Origin: Candidatus Iainarchaeum sp.
GTDB lineage: Archaea; Iainarchaeota; Iainarchaeia; Iainarchaeales; CSSED10-239
DNA length: 32,000 nucleotides
NCBI GenBank assembly: GCA_037441475.1
Contig: JBBISB010000001.1
Span: forward strand, 216,418 to 248,417
Direction of reading: 5' to 3'
Below the pieces are notes generated by a model that was not told the origin of the DNA, did not search any database, and saw only the letters and a program-made list of their open reading frames with translations. Both the position numbers and the translations under genes were made by a program. Below are positions 8,449 to 16,117 of the stretch, in pieces (within the stretch, counting starts at the first letter, position 1; the number at the start of each line of letters is the position of its first letter).

Positions 8449-8541
8449 ACAAAAAATTATATACCGTAATATTTATAAAATAAAGTAATAATGATATATG
8501 TTATATATATATCTTAAAAAACTATAAAAATAAGAAAAAAT

Positions 8542-9177
8542 ATGTTTAAAAAAATAAATTTAATAATCTTAATTATTTTGCTTATTTCATTATTTTCAGG
8601 TATAATTGCCTATCCTTACCTTAATGATGAGTTTGCAAGCCACTGGAATAGTAAAGGAGAAGTAGATGGGCATATGTCGAAAATAGGGGGGATTTTACTA
8701 CTTCCAATAGTTATGATAATAATATATTTTCTTTTAGCTTTCTTTCCAAAAATTGATCCCTTAAAAAAAAATGTAGATTTATTTAAAAAAGAATTTGATT
8801 TGTTTATAATTGGAATTTTACTTTTTTTAATGTACTTGCACATATTAACTATAATCTATAATCTAGGGTATATCTTTAACCTTAGTAAAATGGTTGTACC
8901 TGCCTTTGGATTCTTTTTTTACCTTATAGGTATTTTACTTTTAAAGTCAAAAAGAAACTGGTTTATTGGTATTAAAACACCATGAACACTTTCAAGTAAT
9001 TATGTATGGAACAAAACACATAAGCTTGGAGGGATTTTATTTAAAATTTCAGGAATAGTAATTACCTTATCTTTTTTTGTATACCAAATAGGGTATCTGG
9101 TTTTATTAATAACAGTTGTTTTAACAAGCCTAATAACAATAAGTTATTCATATGTTATTTTTAAAAAAAGTAAATAG
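8542..9177 (+). pseudogene. SdpI/DUF1648-family membrane protein interrupted by one in-frame TGA (8983-8985)
   Basis: Track ORF 8542..8985 encodes DUF1648 (YPYLNDEFASHWNSKGEVDGHMSK) and reads KRNWFIGIKTP-stop. The same frame continues TLSSNYVWNKTHKLGGILFKISGIVITLSFFVYQIGYLVLL...FKKSK to TAG at 9175-9177. The family signature is RNWFIGIRTPWTLSS. Confidence 0.8.
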
Positions 9178-9182
9178 AAAAA

Positions 9183-9255
9183 TGATTCTGGGCGGATTCG
9201 AACCGCCGATCTTCGCCTTGTAAGGGCGACATCATAACCACTAGACCACAGAATC
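9183..9255 (-). tRNA. tRNA-Val, anticodon UAC
   Basis: Acceptor GATTCTG/CAGAATC, anticodon loop CTTACAA, T-arm GGCGG-TTCGAAT-CCGCC, discriminator A. Confidence 0.93.
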
Positions 9256-9424
9256 TTTTTTGTTTAAAAAAAGTTATAGTAATATAATTAATATAGAAAA
9301 GATATAAAAGGTTTTTCTTTTCTACTTCTAAAAAGAGATTTTAAAAAAACAAAAGATTTAAATAAACAATAACATATAATATAAAATATTTATAAGTAAC
9401 ATTTATAAAAAAGGTGATTATATA

Positions 9425-9853
9425 ATGACAAAAAATAATATAATGAAGATAATAGGTGCCTTTGTTTTTATCTTTGGTATTTTCTTCTTACTATTATCTA
9501 TTACAAATATTTTCAATGACATTGACTTTATTGATCAATACAATAACTGTATTGAAGTTTCAAAATATGAGCCAGGTGTTTTAGATATTTGTAAAACAAA
9601 TGTTTCAGAAGGACTTGGAATTGCAATAAGATCAAACCAAGTTGAGCTTACAACAGGCCAATACTTAAAAGTATATATCAGCCAAATCATTAATGTTCTT
9701 TTAGCTGTTCTTTTAATAATTATTGGTGACTTTTTATATGTTGCAAGTAAAAAAGATAATCCATCAAAACCAGAAGAAACAAAAAAAGTTATAGTAAAAG
9801 CAAAGCCTTTAGCAGCAGTTAAGAAAAAGGTAAAAGCAAAGAAAAAGAAATAA
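9425..9853 (+). CDS. Hypothetical membrane protein with two TM segments and Lys/Ala-rich C-terminal tail
   Basis: TM segments IIGAFVFIFGIFFLLLSITNIF and IINVLLAVLLIIIGDFLYVAS; tail VKAKPLAAVKKKVKAKKKK; GGTGAT upstream. Confidence 0.75.
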   Translation: MTKNNIMKIIGAFVFIFGIFFLLLSITNIFNDIDFIDQYNNCIEVSKYEPGVLDICKTNVSEGLGIAIRSNQVELTTGQYLKVYISQIINVLLAVLLIIIGDFLYVASKKDNPSKPEETKKVIVKAKPLAAVKKKVKAKKKK

Positions 9854-9923
9854 TTTCTTTTTCCTTCTTTTTTATTTTTATATTAAACAAAAAGAAAAAT
9901 CTTCTTTTTTAAAAAAAGAAAAA

Positions 9924-11801
9924 CTACTTCTTTAAGTCATTATATGTAACAATATTTATTTCAGGATCATCCTTTATCTTAGATCTTGGAGAGACTAAGA
10001 AAAGAATCTCTTTTTCCTTAGCTTGATTTAAGATATCAGAGGTTACCTCTAAATCTGTTACAACAGCATATATCTTACCAGCCTTAAAAGACTTTATCTT
10101 AGTTGTAAGTTCATCACTTTTTGAGCTACCAATCCTTCTTAATTTTTCATTTAAGATTCTTGATTGTCCCTTACTATCAACCTCATCTAAGATTTCTAAA
10201 AAGTTCTTCTTTATCTTGTCTGTAAGTTTAGGGAGAACAATTTTCTTTTTAACCTTTTCAACAACCTTAGTTTCTTCTTTTAAAGCAGGCTTTGGATAAA
10301 CTGGTGTTTGCTTATCTACTGCATCAACAGTTGTTAAGGTTTCTTGAGATTTACTATCAAACTCTTTTAAAGCACTTTCAAGTCTATCCTTTAAAGTTAT
10401 CTTTGTTTGTATAACTTGAACCTTATCAGTATCGTTTAAAGGAAGAGAAGGTTTTTCTATAAAAGAAGTTTCATCTCTTGATGGAAATGATCTTCTATTG
10501 AAGTCATTTGGTTTATTAAAGTTGTTTCTATTATCATGATTGTTTCTGTTTCCATGGTTATTTCTATCATGATTATTTTGTCTATTATCACGATTGTTTC
10601 TATCATGTCTGTTGTTTCTATCATGTCTGTTGTTTCTATTATCAGGACCTCTGTTATTTCTATTACCACCAAAACTTGGTTTTGAGAAAGAAGAGTCTGA
10701 AGAAACATCTATTCTCTCAACATCAGGAATGTTTGAAAGCATGCTTGAAAAATCAGTGGTTGGTTTGTTTTCTCTAAACCTATCTTCTCTTGAAGAATCA
10801 TAGCTTGGTTTACTATAACTTGGTTTATTATCATAACTTGGCTTATTATCATAGCTTGGCTTTGAAGATATTACCTTATGATCATTTGTTGTTGAAAACT
10901 TTGTTTGCTTAACAATGTTTGGTTGAGGGATAGGAATAGATGGTTTATTTTCAGAACCTATCTTGTCTTTACCATTAATGTCAATTACAAAAGTAGACTT
11001 AACTCTTCTTCTTAAAGCTTGGTTAATTTCCTTTTGTGTAAGCTCTTCAACTTCCTTTCCATCAGGAGCTCTTGCTATGTAATCAACCTTAACAGCTCTT
11101 AAAAGCTGTGATTGTTGAATATCAGCACCTCTATCTCCATCTAAAAACAAAGTAACAATCTTGTCTTTACATATGTTTGCAAGGGAAATTGGAACTCTTG
11201 CTCCACCAGTTGAGATAACATTTGTAAAACCATACTTAAGCATGGTTATAACATCTGCTCTTCCTTCAACAATTATAAGCTCCTTGTTTGAATCAACTGT
11301 TGGACCTGCTGGAAGCTTATCAGGACCATAAAAGACAATTTCTTTTGTCTTAAAGGTATCTACAATCTCTTCCATAAGCTCCTTTGTGTCTGGAATCTCT
11401 TCCTGCATTAATTTTCCTAAAAGATCAATTGCTCTATCTTTGATTTGTTTTCTTTTAAGACCTCTTGTATCTTCTATTTTTTTGATAGTAAATCTAGTGT
11501 CACATGGCCCTACTTTATCAATAGATTCAATAGATGCACCTATAATAACAGTCTCTACCATTGATAAACTACATGGTAGCTTTAAAGTTCCATATGTTTT
11601 GTTGTTATTATGTGTTGTAGTTATCTCTATTCTTCCAATCTTACCGTTCTGTTGAAGATCTTTAATATCCAATTGAGAACCTAAAAGCCCCTCAGATTGT
11701 CCAAAAATAGCACCAATAACATCTGGTTTTTCAACTAAACCTTCTACTTGAAAGTCTGCAACAATCAAGTACTTGATTGTTTCTAAATAAGTTTTACCCA
11801 T
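9924..11801 (-). CDS. dnaG: Archaeal DnaG primase (Toprim protein) with long low-complexity linker
   Basis: MGKTYLETIKYLIVADFQVEGLVEKPDVIGAIFGQSEGLLG, Toprim region ELIIVEGRADVITMLKYGFTNVISTGG..., VTLFLDGDRGAD. Confidence 0.93.
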   Translation of the reverse strand: MGKTYLETIKYLIVADFQVEGLVEKPDVIGAIFGQSEGLLGSQLDIKDLQQNGKIGRIEITTTHNNNKTYGTLKLPCSLSMVETVIIGASIESIDKVGPCDTRFTIKKIEDTRGLKRKQIKDRAIDLLGKLMQEEIPDTKELMEEIVDTFKTKEIVFYGPDKLPAGPTVDSNKELIIVEGRADVITMLKYGFTNVISTGGARVPISLANICKDKIVTLFLDGDRGADIQQSQLLRAVKVDYIARAPDGKEVEELTQKEINQALRRRVKSTFVIDINGKDKIGSENKPSIPIPQPNIVKQTKFSTTNDHKVISSKPSYDNKPSYDNKPSYSKPSYDSSREDRFRENKPTTDFSSMLSNIPDVERIDVSSDSSFSKPSFGGNRNNRGPDNRNNRHDRNNRHDRNNRDNRQNNHDRNNHGNRNNHDNRNNFNKPNDFNRRSFPSRDETSFIEKPSLPLNDTDKVQVIQTKITLKDRLESALKEFDSKSQETLTTVDAVDKQTPVYPKPALKEETKVVEKVKKKIVLPKLTDKIKKNFLEILDEVDSKGQSRILNEKLRRIGSSKSDELTTKIKSFKAGKIYAVVTDLEVTSDILNQAKEKEILFLVSPRSKIKDDPEINIVTYNDLKK

Positions 11802-11916
11802 TTTAAAATCACCTGTATTGTTTTTTCTTTTAAACAGATGTTTTTGTATAGATGTTGTTAAAAAAAAGAGATTTTTTAAAAAACTTTTATTTTTAAAAAA
11901 AATAACTATGTTACAA

Positions 11917-12150
11917 TTATAAAATTTTAATATACTTATGATTTGACTTTTCGCCCTTAACTATATCTACTAAATACCCTAAAGACTTAAAATACTCTTT
12001 TAACTCTTTATTGGCTTTTCCTTTAATAGCTTGAGATTTAAGCTTTATTTTGTAATTTCCGGATACTTCTTGGATCTCTTGAGACTTTGAGTTGCATACA
12101 ACAGTCACCTCAATAATCTCGCCTGTTTTTAACTGTAATTCTGAAATCAT
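11917..12150 (-). CDS. DUF167 / YggU-family protein
   Basis: 77 aa ending in LKSQAIKGKANKELKEYFKSLGYLVDIVKGEKSNHKYIKIL, matching the DUF167 pattern (GKAN.el...L......I..G..S..K...I). Confidence 0.75.
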   Translation of the reverse strand: MISELQLKTGEIIEVTVVCNSKSQEIQEVSGNYKIKLKSQAIKGKANKELKEYFKSLGYLVDIVKGEKSNHKYIKIL

Positions 12151-12429
12151 GTTATTAAATTTTTAAATTATTGTAAATTATTTTAAAAGTTTTAAAAAAG
12201 ACTCTTTTCTTTTTTTACATACCTAAGAAAACATCTTTTCTTTGTAATATTCTAAATTATTATTTTAATAAATTATAAAACCCCATTTATAATGTAGATC
12301 ATCTAAATATCTAAAAATAAATATCTTCTCTACTAATATTATTATAGTAGCAAACTATATATAAACATTATTGTTGTATATTATATTTATATATATAACT
12401 AAAATATATTTTATAAAAAGGGAAAAGAA

Positions 12430-12825
12430 ATGCAACATAAAAAAAAAGGATCTAATGCTGAAAGAGAGCTTCTTTTTATGTTTTTTGAAAAAGGATTTGC
12501 AGCAGCAAGAGTTGCTGGTTCAGGATCCTCCACACTTCCAACCCCTGATATAATTGTTATTAAAAATAACAAAGGATATGCCATTGAATGTAAAACAAAG
12601 GCAGGAGAATACCTTAACATCAAAGAAGAGCAGATAAAAGAGCTTGAAACCTGGGAGAGGCTTTCAGGAAACAAGGCTTATGTTGCTTGGAGACTTTTTG
12701 GTAAAAAATGGTATTTTCTTTATTATAAAGAGATGAATAAAACAAAAAAGGCTTATTCCATTAAAAAAGAAGAAATTAAGGAAAAAGGTATGAGTTTTGA
12801 AGAATTTATAAAAGGAGAGAAGTAA
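12430..12825 (+). CDS. hjc: Holliday junction resolvase Hjc
   Basis: KKKGSNAERELLFMFFEKGFAAARVAGSGSSTLPTPDIIVIKNNKGYAIECKTKAGEYLNIKEEQIKEL: archaeal resolvase nuclease motif (E...PD....E.K). Confidence 0.93.
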   Translation: MQHKKKGSNAERELLFMFFEKGFAAARVAGSGSSTLPTPDIIVIKNNKGYAIECKTKAGEYLNIKEEQIKELETWERLSGNKAYVAWRLFGKKWYFLYYKEMNKTKKAYSIKKEEIKEKGMSFEEFIKGEK

Positions 12826-12827
12826 AT

Positions 12828-12965
12828 ATGTTTTTAGAACTTGAAGAAGTAATTGCAAGCCTTAAAAGGGATATGCTAAAAGAAAAGGGCTTAAAGAACA
12901 AAATTCTTTATGAAAATGCTATTAAAGCATTAATAGAGCTTAAAGAAAGAAAAAATACAAGATAA
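12828..12965 (+). CDS. Small hypothetical protein (45 aa, MFLELEEVIASLKRDMLKEKGLKNKILYENAIKALIELKERKNTR)
   Basis: Starts 2 nt after the hjc stop, with ggaGagaagtaaatATG upstream. Below the track length limit. Confidence 0.45.
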   Translation: MFLELEEVIASLKRDMLKEKGLKNKILYENAIKALIELKERKNTR

Positions 12966-12998
12966 AGTGGTTTATTTTTACATAATTTTTTAAAAAAA

Positions 12999-13511
12999 TT
13001 ATCTTCTTCCTTTTTTTCTTAACTTAATTAAAATGTCATTCTTTCTTTTAATAAAAGGATATTTATTTTTAGAATCTTTGTTTAAAGAAAGCTTTTTTCT
13101 CTTAATCATAAGATTGTTTGTTATTTTGTTAACCAATGGGTTTACCACAAGCCCATCAATATACTTTTTAAAACTCATTTTTCTTAAAGAGATAAAAACC
13201 ATTAACTTAAGCTTAGTTCCTATCTTCTGATTTTTATACTTTGAAGAAACATAAAAGGACTTTGCATAAAATTGATCTTTATTAATAACCCAACCCTCAA
13301 TAAACCCTGCAACCTCTTTACCTGAAAAAACTAAAAATAGTTTGGTGTTTTTAAAATTACTTTTTGTATAGTTTTTTTTAAACTCAGAAAAAGCATCATT
13401 CCAGGAGGCTTCCTTTTGTAAGATGGAATGAACCTGCATAAGTGTGTCTTTTGTAAGCTCAGAGTAGTTGTTTATATCTATCATTTTATAGGAGAGGTTT
13501 TCTTCATTCAT
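12999..13511 (-). CDS. GNAT-family N-acetyltransferase
   Basis: LFLVFSGKEVAGFIEGWVINKDQFYAKSFYVSSKYKNQKIGTKLKLMV resembles GNAT motif A (V...YrgqGiGt.L). Overlaps pth2 by 4 nt. Confidence 0.65.
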   Translation of the reverse strand: MNEENLSYKMIDINNYSELTKDTLMQVHSILQKEASWNDAFSEFKKNYTKSNFKNTKLFLVFSGKEVAGFIEGWVINKDQFYAKSFYVSSKYKNQKIGTKLKLMVFISLRKMSFKKYIDGLVVNPLVNKITNNLMIKRKKLSLNKDSKNKYPFIKRKNDILIKLRKKGRR

Positions 13512-13855
13512 AATAGTTTATATCTTTTTGTAAACTTATCAATCTCTGATTCCTTAATAGGCCCTACACCTACACATGTAAAGTCTGGTTCCTTTAACTG
13601 AGTATGAGCTGCATCCTTAATAATGACTGCAGGAAAAAAAGATTTAATTTCTTGAAAGACCTTTAAAAGTTCTTCACGTGATTCAACTTTTAAAACAACT
13701 TTCTTTTGACCCTCAGAAAGCCATGCGTCTGCTATTGAAGGTGTTTTTCTAGAAGTTAGTAAATAACTTTCTAGAGAGGCATGAGAAGCTTGGGCAGCAA
13801 TCTTGCCTTTTCCAAGCTTTAAATCGTTTCTTACAAGAATTATTTGTTTATACAT
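13508..13855 (-). CDS. pth2: Archaeal/eukaryotic-type peptidyl-tRNA hydrolase
   Basis: KQIILVRNDLKLGKGKIAAQASHASLES...VVLKVESREELL...AVIIKDAAHTQLKEPDFTCVGVGPIKESEIDKFT. Confidence 0.95.
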   Translation of the reverse strand: MYKQIILVRNDLKLGKGKIAAQASHASLESYLLTSRKTPSIADAWLSEGQKKVVLKVESREELLKVFQEIKSFFPAVIIKDAAHTQLKEPDFTCVGVGPIKESEIDKFTKRYKLL

Positions 13856-13861
13856 TTATAA

Positions 13862-14197
13862 TTACTCACTAAAAGACTCGCCATAAATACCCATGTAAGT
13901 TAAGGTGTATGTTACTTGTTTAGGACCCCACATAGATGTTATTTGTTTAGGCTCGTTTAATCTTAAATCTGTATTAAACTCATATCCTTTATGTTCGTTC
14001 TTAACTAAGTAATGTCTATCATACTCTAAAGTAACTTCCTTACCGCTTGCTGCTATAAGCTTAAAGACATGACCCTCTTTTCCATCATCTTCAAATGAAT
14101 CGTTTATCTCAACAGCTATTGTTTTATCTTCTAAAGTGTTTCTAGAAGGAGCTTCCATGTGTGTTACTTTTTTAACTATCTTAAAGACATATTCCAT
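13862..14197 (-). CDS. Hypothetical protein (111 aa, beta-rich)
   Basis: ORF with good start context (ggagagatataatATG) in an operon-like arrangement with pth2. Family not recognised. Confidence 0.6.
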   Translation of the reverse strand: MEYVFKIVKKVTHMEAPSRNTLEDKTIAVEINDSFEDDGKEGHVFKLIAASGKEVTLEYDRHYLVKNEHKGYEFNTDLRLNEPKQITSMWGPKQVTYTLTYMGIYGESFSE

Positions 14198-14390
14198 ATT
14201 ATATCTCTCCTTTTTATTAAATATTAAATATATTATTATCTATATAAAGTAAAGACAAATAAGTTTAAAAACAGATATATTTTGTTTTAATAGCTTTAAA
14301 GATGAAAAACAGATTATTTATAAAATTATAGATATAATATATATTAAGAGATTTAAAAAAGATAAAATAATTTTAAAAAAAGGATTAAAC

Positions 14391-14957
14391 ATGAATAAAA
14401 AAAAAGAAATTATTAAAACACACACTCAACATCCATGGCATGAAGTAACATATGGAGAAAAAGTACCAGAAGAGGTTAATGCCTTTATTGAGGTTCCAAA
14501 AGGGAGTATCTTAAAGTATGAGCTTGACATGGAATCAGGACATATTAAGCTTGATAGAGTGCTTTACTCAGCTGTTCATTACCCTGGAGACTATGGCTTT
14601 ATACCTCAAACATTATCAGAGGACGGAGATCCTTTAGATATAATAATCATTTCAAACTTTCCTGTTCACCTTGGTGTTTTAGTTAGAGCAAAACCAATTG
14701 AGGTAATGCTTATGATTGATAGTAATGAGAAGGATGAAAAGATAATTGCTGTTCATTCAACAGACCCTAGGATGGATAAGAGAAGAGATATTAAGGACTT
14801 TAGTGAGCATGTTATCTTAGAGATAAGACATTTCTTTGAAACATACAAAGAGCTTCAAGGTAAAAAATCAACCATCATGTCTATTAAAGGGAAAAAAGAA
14901 GCTGAAAAAGAAATTTTAAAAGCAATAAAAAGATATAAAGAGTATTTTAAAGAATGA
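14391..14957 (+). CDS. ppa: Inorganic pyrophosphatase (family I)
   Basis: VNAFIEVPKGSILKYELD...LDRVLYSAVHYPGDYGFIPQTLSEDGDPLDIIIISNFPV: family I PPase signature (DGDPLD). Confidence 0.96.
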   Translation: MNKKKEIIKTHTQHPWHEVTYGEKVPEEVNAFIEVPKGSILKYELDMESGHIKLDRVLYSAVHYPGDYGFIPQTLSEDGDPLDIIIISNFPVHLGVLVRAKPIEVMLMIDSNEKDEKIIAVHSTDPRMDKRRDIKDFSEHVILEIRHFFETYKELQGKKSTIMSIKGKKEAEKEILKAIKRYKEYFKE

Positions 14958-14960
14958 ATA

Positions 14961-15104
14961 TTATTTTTCTTTTTTAAGTTTTTCTAAAAGCTCTTTTTTT
15001 AATCTTTCCTCTTTCATTTTTTTTAGTTTTCTTTCTCTAATGCCAGCCCCTATTTTTGTGTTGCTTAAAAGATTTTTAATAAGATACTTTGTTTTTCTAA
15101 ACAT
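14961..15104 (-). CDS. Small basic hypothetical protein (47 aa, MFRKTKYLIKNLLSNTKIGAGIRERKLKKMKEERLKKELLEKLKKEK)
   Basis: Starts 4 nt after the kae1 stop, with ttGGTGAaaatATG upstream. Below the track length limit. Confidence 0.45.
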   Translation of the reverse strand: MFRKTKYLIKNLLSNTKIGAGIRERKLKKMKEERLKKELLEKLKKEK

Positions 15105-15108
15105 ATTT

Positions 15109-16098
15109 TCACCAACTTATAATTACTTGATCAGTTCTTTCTTCAGGATCAATAGTTGTTTTTTCTAAATCTTGAAGAGCATCATAAACAAAATGTTTTA
15201 AACCCAAATCAGCAATCATAACACCATTATCAAGACATACAGAAACAGGGGGGATAAATAATTTTATTTTTCTTTGTTTTGAAAAACTCTCAAGCATCTC
15301 TTTTAAAGCCTTTGATGCTGCAACTCCACCAATCACCATTATCTCTTTTTTCTTTGTGTATGATAAGGCTCTTTCACAAACCTCTAAAAGCATTGCGTAA
15401 GAGGTATGCATAAAGGAATAAACTAGATCATCTGTTTTTACTTTTCCTATTAATTTTCTTGAAGAAGTTAAAAGACCAGAAAAAACAATATCCATTCCTT
15501 TAACAGAATAGGGAAGAGGAATATAGTTAGTTGACTGGAAATATATCTTATCCAAGATTGGACCACCAGGAAAACCATACCCTAAATCTCTTGCAAAAGA
15601 ATCAAAGAGATTACCAAGACCAATATCTAAAGTTTCACCTAATATCTTATATCTTTTATTATCTTTTGCTATAATCTGTGTGTTTGCACCTGAGGTGTAT
15701 ATAAAAAGAGGGTCTTTTGCCTTCATTAATGTTTTTCCAATCTCTAAGTGTGCAACACAATGATTAACACCAACAATTGGTTTATTGTACTTTAAGGAAA
15801 GAGCTCTTGCAAAAGTAGCACCAACAGATAAACAAGGTCCAAGACCAGGGCTTCTTGCAAAGGAAATAACATCTATGTCTTTAATAGATAGATTTGCCTC
15901 ATTAAGAGCTTGTTTTAAAACATCCATTGCGTTTTGGTAATGAAAAACAGAGGCATCATAAGGCTTAATGCCAATACCTTTTTCTACAGAGACATACTGT
16001 TTTTTAACATTTGCATAGATTTTTCCTTTATTATCTATTATCCCTACACCAAAGGTATGTGCAGTTGATTCTATGCCTAAGGAAATTATTTTTTTCAT
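15109..16098 (-). CDS. kae1: tRNA N6-threonylcarbamoyladenosine modification protein Kae1/TsaD, stand-alone (no Bud32 fusion)
   Basis: LGIESTAHTFGVGII, VISFARSPGLGPCLSVGATFARALS, VGVNHCVAHLEIG, YTSGANTQII, DIGLGNLFDSFARDLGYGFPGGP. Confidence 0.95.
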   Translation of the reverse strand: MKKIISLGIESTAHTFGVGIIDNKGKIYANVKKQYVSVEKGIGIKPYDASVFHYQNAMDVLKQALNEANLSIKDIDVISFARSPGLGPCLSVGATFARALSLKYNKPIVGVNHCVAHLEIGKTLMKAKDPLFIYTSGANTQIIAKDNKRYKILGETLDIGLGNLFDSFARDLGYGFPGGPILDKIYFQSTNYIPLPYSVKGMDIVFSGLLTSSRKLIGKVKTDDLVYSFMHTSYAMLLEVCERALSYTKKKEIMVIGGVAASKALKEMLESFSKQRKIKLFIPPVSVCLDNGVMIADLGLKHFVYDALQDLEKTTIDPEERTDQVIISW

Positions 16099-16117
16099 AT
16101 ATCTCTTTTATCTTCTT

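Noticed and set aside
8983-8985. TGA reassigned to Trp genome-wide
   Set aside because: The 1054..1479 ORF ends at TGA in a natural gene-junction context, and all Trp codons in the other genes inspected are TGG. One TGA at a Trp site is not enough for reassignment.
10540-10680. Possible CRISPR-like repetition in the dnaG region
   Set aside because: Repeats are short, degenerate, without unique spacers of constant length, and translate in frame as N/R/D/H codons of DnaG.
10457-11655. ORFs 10457..10708 (-), 10594..10803 (+) and 11386..11655 (+)
   Set aside because: Alternative-frame shadows of dnaG and its repetitive linker (MIETTDMIETIVII..., LLFLSCLLF...).
12371-12858. ORFs 12371..12553 (+), 12411..12674 (-) and 12664..12858 (-)
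   Set aside because: Overlap the clear hjc gene in other frames; no recognisable motifs.
13033-13230. Plus-strand ORF 13033..13230
   Set aside because: Antisense to the GNAT gene with hydrophobic Leu/Phe-rich shadow composition.
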